From Candidatus Omnitrophota bacterium (GTDB taxonomy: Bacteria; Omnitrophota; Gorgyraeia; Gygaellales; Profunditerraquicolaceae), in the NCBI GenBank assembly GCA_025453395.1, contig JALOQK010000002.1, forward strand, positions 410,509 through 474,508: a stretch of 64,000 nucleotides of DNA, read 5' to 3'. A model generated the notes under the pieces. The model ran no database searches, was not told the origin of the DNA, and saw only the letters and a list, made by a program, of their open reading frames with translations. Below are positions 57,471 to 64,000 of this stretch, piece by piece; positions within the stretch are counted from its first letter, which is position 1; each line of letters opens with the position of its first letter. The position numbers and the translations under genes are program-made.

Positions 57471-58789
57471 ACTGATATTTTCTTCTGTAGCTCCAATATT
57501 AAACCGTGCCTTCTTTCTTTTTCCGCTTTTGGCACATCATCCGGCATATTCGCGGCTTGCGTATGCGGCCGGGGCGAATACTTAAAGATAAAACCGGCGT
57601 TAAATTCAACTTCTTTTATTAAATCGTAAGTATCTTGAAAATCTTTTTCTGTCTCACCCGGAAATCCTACAATAATATCCGTAGTCAGGGCCCCATTAGG
57701 AACTATTTTACGATATTGCGCCGCTAAATCCAAATAGAATCTTCTGGTATATTGGCGGTTCATTAACTTTAAAATCCGGTCAGAGCCTGATTGCACCGGA
57801 AGATGCAGATATTTCTTAAGTTTGCCGCATTCTGCCATCGCCTTAAAAAGCTCAATACTTGTATCTTTAGGGTGAGAAGTAATAAAACCAAACTCCTTTA
57901 AGCCTTTAACCGCATTGACTGTTTTTAATAAATCCACAAAACTGATTTCTATATCTTTATTTGGAATTTGGGATTTGGAATCTGAGATTTGGGATTTGTA
58001 AGAGTTTACGTTCTGCCCCAGCAAGGTAACGCTTGTGATTCCTAGGGCAACCGCCTCGTTTATTTCTTGCAAGATATCTTCTTTTCTTCTGTGGCGTAGT
58101 GCTTTGCGAGTATAAGGCACGACACAGTATGAGCAAAAGTTAGAACAGCCTTCGGAAATAACAATAAAGGCATGATTTTTATCTTCAAAAAATCCGGTAT
58201 GATAAATCTGCTCCGGCCTGTTTTCGCCGTCTGTCTCCCAAATCTTGCTTTCAAAAAAGCTTTTTGCTTTTAGTTTTTCGCCTTTAGCTGAAGGCTGACA
58301 GCTGACAGCTGACAGCTGACTGATTATTTCTGGGATTTTTGCGATATCCGCCGGCCCGACCACAAAATCCACCTCCGGCGACCTCTCAAACACCGCTTCT
58401 TTATAATTCTGCGCCATACATCCAACAAGCCCTATTATAGGTTTATTTTTCTCACTTTTTCCTTTTTCCTTTTTACTTTTTAGTTTTGTGATCCTCCCAA
58501 TTTCACTCCACACCTTCTCCTCGGCGTGCTGGCGCACAGAACAGGTATTAAGAATAACCACATTTGCTTCTTCCGCCAAACCAGTTATCGTATATCCTGC
58601 CTTCTGCAAAATCCCGGAAATCACCTCGGAATCCCGTAGATTCATCTGACAACCAAAAGTTTTGATAAAAACTTTTGGTTGCCGTGTCCGCGCTGCGCAG
58701 GGTAAAGTTTGCAAAACTTTACCCTGCACGTTTGCAGCCGGACCACTTTGGCGCCCGGACCTATTTCTACTTCTTCTTTGCTCTTCCAT
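57428..58789 (-). CDS. miaB: tRNA-2-methylthio-N6-dimethylallyladenosine synthase (no TRAM domain; repeat-derived insertions)
   Basis: TFGCQMN, NTCSVR, GCMAQ, CSNFCSYC, LLGQNVNSY, HLPVQSGS, DIIVGFPGET, FKYSPRP. Confidence 0.88.
   Translation of the reverse strand: MEEQRRSRNRSGRQSGPAANVQGKVLQTLPCAARTRQPKVFIKTFGCQMNLRDSEVISGILQKAGYTITGLAEEANVVILNTCSVRQHAEEKVWSEIGRITKLKSKKEKGKSEKNKPIIGLVGCMAQNYKEAVFERSPEVDFVVGPADIAKIPEIISQLSAVSCQPSAKGEKLKAKSFFESKIWETDGENRPEQIYHTGFFEDKNHAFIVISEGCSNFCSYCVVPYTRKALRHRRKEDILQEINEAVALGITSVTLLGQNVNSYKSQISDSKSQIPNKDIEISFVDLLKTVNAVKGLKEFGFITSHPKDTSIELFKAMAECGKLKKYLHLPVQSGSDRILKLMNRQYTRRFYLDLAAQYRKIVPNGALTTDIIVGFPGETEKDFQDTYDLIKEVEFNAGFIFKYSPRPHTQAANMPDDVPKAEKERRHGLILELQKKISVKLKAQNEKRKAKV
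57961..57998. repeat. in-frame heptamer array in miaB
   Basis: TTGGAAT TTGGGAT TTGGAAT CTGAGAT TTGGGAT. Confidence 0.8.
58259..58323. repeat. in-frame TCAGC heptamer array (plus AAAAGC array) in miaB
   Basis: AGCTGAA GGCTGAC AGCTGAC AGCTGAC AGCTGAC, encoding SQLSAVSCQPSAK. Confidence 0.85.
58449..58490. repeat. in-frame heptamer array in miaB
   Basis: TTTTTCC TTTTTCC TTTTTAC TTTTTAG, encoding KLKSKKEKGKSEK. Confidence 0.7.
58686..58743. repeat. REP-like hairpin in the miaB 5' region
   Basis: Perfect 14-bp stem GCAGGGTAAAGTTT-gca-AAACTTTACCCTGC plus outer GTCCG-C-GCTGC/GCAGC-CGGAC. Confidence 0.75.
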
Positions 58790-59099
58790 GATTTTTTCTT
58801 ATCTCCAACACCTTATCAAGGCGCATGCCACCTACCAATAATTCTTTTTGTTTTCTGGTAAATTCCTTAATCGTCTTCTCTAATTTAAACGCCGGCTTAA
58901 ATTGCTTATATTGCTTATTCCACACCAGCTTCACGGGCCTTCTGTCGCGCGTATATTTGGCGCCTTTACCCTTGTTGTGTAATTCTATACGCTTTTCTAA
59001 ATTAGGCGTATAACCTGTATAAAACGTCCCATCCCCACACTCCACCATATACACCCAAAACTTCCCGCTTCTTTTAAATTTCTTTCTACTACTTATCAT
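58767..59099 (-). CDS. GIY-YIG nuclease family protein (UPF0213-like)
   Basis: WVYMVECGDGTFYTGYT..LEKR...HNKGKGAKYTR.RRPV...E..IK. Confidence 0.9.
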   Translation of the reverse strand: MISSRKKFKRSGKFWVYMVECGDGTFYTGYTPNLEKRIELHNKGKGAKYTRDRRPVKLVWNKQYKQFKPAFKLEKTIKEFTRKQKELLVGGMRLDKVLEIRKNHGRAKKK

Positions 59100-59142
59100 A
59101 ACCTTCGCTTCTTTTTGCCTAAAATGTCACATACATTCACAG

Positions 59143-59166
59143 GTCTGCCTGCGGCAGACAGGCAGG
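59143..59166. repeat. short REP-like palindrome
   Basis: GTCTGCC-TGC-GGCAGAC-AGGCAGG. Confidence 0.55.
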
Positions 59167-59178
59167 CGCCCCTATTAT

Positions 59179-59940
59179 TTACTTCTCCGCCACCACAAGC
59201 ATTTCAAAATCTTCGGTAGTCAATTTGTCATTTCTTGAATAAGCCCCAAGCTTGGAGCCGAAGATATCGATCTTTTTGAATCCAAGCGTCTTTAAAAGCC
59301 ATGTTATCTCACTGGGTACATAATAACGCTCGTTGCACTTAAGCTCCTTTTTATTACCGGAATCGTCTTCAAAAACAGCGGTGTTATGGTCGCGGAAAGT
59401 CATCAGGTCAAAAGAGCAGTCCTTGCACTGAGATTGGCCTTCTTTCTGAGCTAACTCATAGAATTCCTTGACCGAATGGAAAAGCGGGAATAATCCGTTT
59501 AATGCGGTGAAAACAAGCTTCCCCTGACCGTTCAAAGCTCTGGCCGCGCTCTTAAGGATCGCGAAATTCATTTCATCCGTTTCCATAAGAGAAAACCCGC
59601 CTTCGCAGAGCATAATGGCTAGATCAAATTCACCCTCAAACGGAAGGCCTCGCGCGTCATACTTCTGGAAATTAATTGTCAGCCCTGCCGCTTTGGCTTT
59701 CTCCCGCGCTCCCGCAAGCTGTGACTCGGAAAGATCAACGCCTGTCACTTTATACCCTCTTTTGGTCAGTTCGATAGCGTGGCGGCCGGTGCCGCAACCA
59801 ATGTCGATTATCTTTAAAGATTTATTGCGGCTAATCTCCTGTTCAATAAAATCGCACTCGCCCGCAGTGCCCTGAACAAAAGGCTCGTTATCATATTTGC
59901 GAGCGTAATTCTCGAATAATGCTTCGTACCATTGTTTCAT
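59179..59940 (-). CDS. class I SAM-dependent methyltransferase
   Basis: IIDIGCGTGRH, GVDLS, DAR.LPF...FD. Confidence 0.9.
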   Translation of the reverse strand: MKQWYEALFENYARKYDNEPFVQGTAGECDFIEQEISRNKSLKIIDIGCGTGRHAIELTKRGYKVTGVDLSESQLAGAREKAKAAGLTINFQKYDARGLPFEGEFDLAIMLCEGGFSLMETDEMNFAILKSAARALNGQGKLVFTALNGLFPLFHSVKEFYELAQKEGQSQCKDCSFDLMTFRDHNTAVFEDDSGNKKELKCNERYYVPSEITWLLKTLGFKKIDIFGSKLGAYSRNDKLTTEDFEMLVVAEK

Positions 59941-60063
59941 TTTAATCCTTTCTTACAATTTAATTAGAACTTTCATTTTAAGGGAACTGGCCTTATGACA
60001 ATATTCCTGCTTACACAACTTAAAAATATTTTTCCTATTCATTTAACACAGCGCAATAATAAA

Positions 60064-60486
60064 CTAACGTAAAATAATAAGCAACGTGCCAATGGTAATC
60101 AACCCCACCCCCGCCCATTGATAAGCTCCTAAGCGTTCCCCTAAGAACATAACAGAAAGAATTACCGCGAACACCAGGCTTAGCTTATCAATTGGGGAAA
60201 CAATGGAAGCCGGGCCGGTTTGAAGCGCGCGAAAATAACAAATCCATGATAAACCCGTAGCAAAGGCCGAAAGAATGAGAAATATCATGCTGTGCCTGTC
60301 TATTAATAAAGGATTCCTCCACTCGCGGCGCACGCCAATCAAGACCCCTAAAAACAAAATAATCACAACCGTCCTTATAAAAGTAGCCAGATTAGAAGAG
60401 ATGTTCTTAACCCCTACTTTCGCCAACACCGCGGTCAGCCCTGCGAAAAAAGCTGAACCCACAGCGTATATTTTCCAATCCAACAT
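60064..60486 (-). CDS. EamA/DMT family membrane protein (single domain)
   Basis: AFFAGLTAVLAKVG, ATGLSWICYFRALQ, VSPIDKLS, FLGE. Confidence 0.9.
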   Translation of the reverse strand: MLDWKIYAVGSAFFAGLTAVLAKVGVKNISSNLATFIRTVVIILFLGVLIGVRREWRNPLLIDRHSMIFLILSAFATGLSWICYFRALQTGPASIVSPIDKLSLVFAVILSVMFLGERLGAYQWAGVGLITIGTLLIILR

Positions 60487-60514
60487 AATTGCCCCCCCTT
60501 TTTTTTATCGCGTT

Positions 60515-61990
60515 TTAAGAAGAAGGCAATATCCTAAATAAATGCTCATTATAGAAATATTGCGCTACTTCTTTCCCATACCAACTCTCATTGCGCCGCA
60601 TCCCCATAGGCTTGACATAAAAATGCTCCTGAAGAATGCTTTTTAAGATAAAACACGGGTCATAGCCCAGGGCCGTAGAAGTAAGATACACCGGATACCC
60701 TGCTCTATTTAAAACAATTATTTTACCAAAAAAATCATCCCATTGCGCCTGATCACAGTTTACCGGCGGAAGAAGATATTTTCTTTTTGTGTAAAGCTTT
60801 AAAAATATATGCTCATCTTGTATGATAATAATACTGTCTGGTTCGGTAGCCGATTCTACAAAAAGCGCGAAATCTTTTTGGTAATTATTAACGTGGCGTG
60901 AATATAAGATATTCTTTGCCGGCATAAGCATGGTCAGGCAAACAAATAACATTGCCGTGGCGCAGATTATATTCTTCTTGAAGACAAAGCATATTGCCTG
61001 GGAAGAAAAATAAAACATAAAAAATGACGCTGGGATAAGATAACGCGGGCTAAAGGTTTGCATATTCACAAGCAACATAAAAGAAACCGCAAAAGCAACA
61101 AAAAATAAAACCGCCTCTTCTTTTTTTTCTTTCAAGAAGCCAAGAAAAACTCCCAATACCGCCCAGATTACCGCCATATACGCCCAATGCCACAAGGCTT
61201 GCCAGCCTTGCCTGAATCTTGCCAAACTAAAGCCAGAAAACACCTCCATGCTATCTGACTGAACGTTTATCCCGATGGCAGAAGAAAACACATTAAGATA
61301 CGCCCGGCAATTGGGCACCAAAAGCGCTAACAGGATAACTATCGCAAAAGAGAAAAAGATAATCCCCAGAAACCTGGCGCCAAAAATCAAAATTTGCTTT
61401 AAAAACCCCTCATGCCTTTTCTTGAAAACAATATTCACGTAATAAGCGAAAAATCCGGCAAAAATAATCATGTTTTCATTTCTTGAAGCAATAGCTAATC
61501 CGGTAAAAAATGCGCATAGCCAAAAAGTATTGCTTAGAAAATAAAACAAACTAAACACTAAAAACAACTGCCCTAACGCATGGTCAATCCTGCCATAAGT
61601 AGTTACCGAGAAAAACGGCGCAAAGCAACTTGTTAATAACGCCCAGGATAAAGCAGAAGAGTCTGCGATTGTCTTACGAAAACACAGGTATATTACTACA
61701 GCTGTTAGGGCGGATATAAAAGAGGTAGAAAAAAACAGGACATCCTGATAGGCGGCCCATGGAAATAAAGCATCCCTGATAAACCCCAAACTTATTATAA
61801 AGAAAGACACAAAAGGAAAACTTGCCGCGTGCGGATAGGCCAGTTTATCCTGCATTACTAAGATAAACTCCGCAGTGTCATAATGAAACGGGCCCTTGCT
61901 TAATAAAAGAAACCGCGGGATAAAGCTAAAGGCAAAAATAAAAAATGCCCAAGCCCAAACCCCTATTTTACTATTTTTTGCGTTCCACAT
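60515..61990 (-). CDS. multi-pass membrane protein, GT-C/ArnT-like (uncertain)
   Basis: About 11 TM segments, R.LLL..GPFHYD loop, PRYLIP, soluble C-terminal domain. Confidence 0.55.
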   Translation of the reverse strand: MWNAKNSKIGVWAWAFFIFAFSFIPRFLLLSKGPFHYDTAEFILVMQDKLAYPHAASFPFVSFFIISLGFIRDALFPWAAYQDVLFFSTSFISALTAVVIYLCFRKTIADSSALSWALLTSCFAPFFSVTTYGRIDHALGQLFLVFSLFYFLSNTFWLCAFFTGLAIASRNENMIIFAGFFAYYVNIVFKKRHEGFLKQILIFGARFLGIIFFSFAIVILLALLVPNCRAYLNVFSSAIGINVQSDSMEVFSGFSLARFRQGWQALWHWAYMAVIWAVLGVFLGFLKEKKEEAVLFFVAFAVSFMLLVNMQTFSPRYLIPASFFMFYFSSQAICFVFKKNIICATAMLFVCLTMLMPAKNILYSRHVNNYQKDFALFVESATEPDSIIIIQDEHIFLKLYTKRKYLLPPVNCDQAQWDDFFGKIIVLNRAGYPVYLTSTALGYDPCFILKSILQEHFYVKPMGMRRNESWYGKEVAQYFYNEHLFRILPSS

Positions 61991-62690
61991 GGCACAAATA
62001 AGATGCGCAACATAAACGATTTAATATAAATATCCGCTCAACTAAAGGCTCAATCTTTTTTAATAGATTAGCTGCCCAATCCGGGCAAAAAAAAGGCACT
62101 AAACCAATGTAATCATGTTTTAGGATTTTAGCTGCGGATAGCCCGACCCATCTGCGGATAACAAATGGCGGGTAAGATTTCTCATTATGCGCTCGATGAT
62201 AACTGGAGAAACGCTCAATTATTTTTAAGAAAGGATTATACCCATTAGGATCAAGGATAATAACTTCCGAGGCTACTCGCAGCGCCTCTTTTAAGGCCTG
62301 TCCGGGATTGCAGATGTGGTGCAAAATACCCCGCATATAAACAATATCAAACGCATTATCTTTAAATGGGAGCCTATCTACAGAACATAGCGCAAAATTT
62401 ATATTTGTATCTGAATTTTTTGCGCGTGCCGATGAAATTGCCTCAAAAGCAAGATCCACACCATAAACCCTCAAGGCTTTACCCCGCTGGCATAATTCAA
62501 CAGTATAAGTTGCGTCTCCGCAGCCAACATCAAGCACCCGCTTACCTGCGAAATCAGCCATTTTAAAAGCTGCATCACTTAAATGGGCATTGGAAAGGCG
62601 GCTGCTTAGCGATGGATTAGTAGTATAGCGATAGCCATTATTTTCCTTAATGTCTATGCGAAAAGAATTTATAGCGCTTTTATTTTGCAT
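61971..62690 (-). CDS. class I SAM-dependent methyltransferase
   Basis: VLDVGCGDA, LPFKDNAFD, ILHH. Confidence 0.88.
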   Translation of the reverse strand: MQNKSAINSFRIDIKENNGYRYTTNPSLSSRLSNAHLSDAAFKMADFAGKRVLDVGCGDATYTVELCQRGKALRVYGVDLAFEAISSARAKNSDTNINFALCSVDRLPFKDNAFDIVYMRGILHHICNPGQALKEALRVASEVIILDPNGYNPFLKIIERFSSYHRAHNEKSYPPFVIRRWVGLSAAKILKHDYIGLVPFFCPDWAANLLKKIEPLVERIFILNRLCCASYLCHVERKK

Positions 62691-63756
62691 TTGGAAACAA
62701 CCTCTGTATCGCCTGATAAACTATTGCCGCCAAAATAAGATTTCCGTCACCGTTTAAATGGCATTCATCGTAGAAAAGTGTTTTATAACTGTCTTTAAAA
62801 AACTGCCTTAAGTCAAGAACTATGACATTCGGATTACCATTATATTTCTGCTGTAATATGTTCGCGTAAATTCCATGCTGGTATTTGTGCATTTGGGAAA
62901 GTATTTCTCCGACATTCTCATCGCGAAATCCCGTACCGAATTGCTTCAAATAAAAATTAGGAACAATGTAGGGCTCCAAGATAACGATCACCTTAATATT
63001 ATGCTTTAAACAATAATCAATGGAATCCAGCTCTTTCTCCAGGAAAACTTGAAGCCTTTTTTCGTTCTCCATGTAAACATCCTGGACCGAGCCCTGATTA
63101 AGCTTATACCGCTTGTAATCAAAACCCAAAAATAAATCTCCTCCTTTACCCATTTTTTCCTTAATAAAAGAGGTTACAAACCTATAAGTGCAGCGAAAGT
63201 TAATCTTAATAAAGCTAACAGTATACCGCACTATTGGGTTATCAGGATAGGGGTTAAATGCCTGATAGTAATCTTTCGGGGCAAGATATTCATAGCGGTT
63301 GTCATTTATTTTTTTGACCACAACCGGTAAATCATTATAGCCATCATGGATAACCACGCAATTAGGATCGTATTGCGGTAAAACAGATTTTATGAAATAA
63401 TTCGTGGTTACCGCTGATACCCCGGAAATACCGAAATTATAAATACTTGCCGGCTTTTTTTCTTTAAAACAGATGTCCTGTAAAAGAGTGGGGTAGCTAT
63501 ACTCGTAAGGCATGTTATTGCCATTGGTAGTTGAGCCGCCAAGGCAGAAAACCCTCGGAGGCATGGCATTCTTATACGGCATCGGGCTTCTTAAGAAACA
63601 GGCAGCGTGATATAAAATACTGGGCCTTAAGGTATAGTAAAACTTCGCCGTATCATTATACATAAAGCGGAAATAAGTCTCTATGCCGAATAATAAACCG
63701 AAAACTAAGGACACCCCAAATCCCATGGCCAATAAATTAGCAGTTATCTTTTTCAC
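62680..63756 (-). CDS. membrane-anchored SGNH/GDSL hydrolase-fold protein
   Basis: CLGGSTT, NFGISG, GYND, DECHLNGDGN. Confidence 0.8.
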   Translation of the reverse strand: MKKITANLLAMGFGVSLVFGLLFGIETYFRFMYNDTAKFYYTLRPSILYHAACFLRSPMPYKNAMPPRVFCLGGSTTNGNNMPYEYSYPTLLQDICFKEKKPASIYNFGISGVSAVTTNYFIKSVLPQYDPNCVVIHDGYNDLPVVVKKINDNRYEYLAPKDYYQAFNPYPDNPIVRYTVSFIKINFRCTYRFVTSFIKEKMGKGGDLFLGFDYKRYKLNQGSVQDVYMENEKRLQVFLEKELDSIDYCLKHNIKVIVILEPYIVPNFYLKQFGTGFRDENVGEILSQMHKYQHGIYANILQQKYNGNPNVIVLDLRQFFKDSYKTLFYDECHLNGDGNLILAAIVYQAIQRLFPNAK

Positions 63757-63782
63757 CTATTCTCCTGTTGTTGTTTTAATAC

Positions 63783-63811
63783 TTGCAAACTAAATGAAAA
63801 ATCACTATAAT
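63783..63811 (+). promoter_or_regulatory. sigma70-type promoter
   Basis: TTGCAA-17bp-TATAAT. Confidence 0.65.
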
Positions 63812-63830
63812 TACTACTTAAGGAGGCCAT

Positions 63831-64000
63831 ATGGAACAAAAACATAAACGCAAGAAAATCTGGGAAATCTCTTATGCCATCAAATTTTTAAACGTTGCCT
63901 TGGGCCTGATGATACTGTTGGTCGCTAGCGGTTTCTTCTTTTTTAGCGTGGCAGTAAAACAGGCAGAACTAAGCCAAGCGCGCCCATTTTCGCTTCAGAT
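63831..64000 (+). CDS. hypothetical membrane-anchored protein (partial, runs off window end)
   Basis: AAGGAGG SD; MEQKHKRKKIWEISYAIKFLNVALGLMILLVASGFFFFSVAV... Confidence 0.6.
   Translation, partial: MEQKHKRKKIWEISYAIKFLNVALGLMILLVASGFFFFSVAVKQAELSQARPFSLQ

Overview
Chromosomal window (about 40% GC by eye) from a diderm bacterium (LptD, secretin). Gene order and content resemble Ca. Omnitrophota (OP3); this is inference only. Almost all genes are on the minus strand: two nucleotide-sugar/surface-glycan clusters, housekeeping genes (tyrS, rpsA, rpe, nadD, proBA, obg, rplU, rng, accD, miaA/miaB, hflX), a type IV pilus locus (two major-type pilins, minor pilins, pilMNOPQ), a divergent YfhO-like + TMTC-like glycosyltransferase pair, two tandem diguanylate cyclases, and a MerR/HspR-like-clpB-hrcA-grpE-dnaK-dnaJ heat-shock cluster with two CIRCE operators. 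No rRNA, tRNA, CRISPR array or transposase was seen. Main signals: (1) a family of 7-bp-periodic hairpin elements. It includes two ~387-bp copies enclosing a four-helix-bundle (IVP/Avd-like) gene between inverted TCAGCTW arrays, an empty derivative, several stop-to-start intergenic hairpins, and in-frame insertions in miaB and in a signal peptide. (2) A c-di-GMP-I riboswitch with a readable terminator/antiterminator upstream of the major pilin. (3) A DnaK of the archaeal/monoderm indel type in a diderm. All alignments, counts and folds were done by hand.
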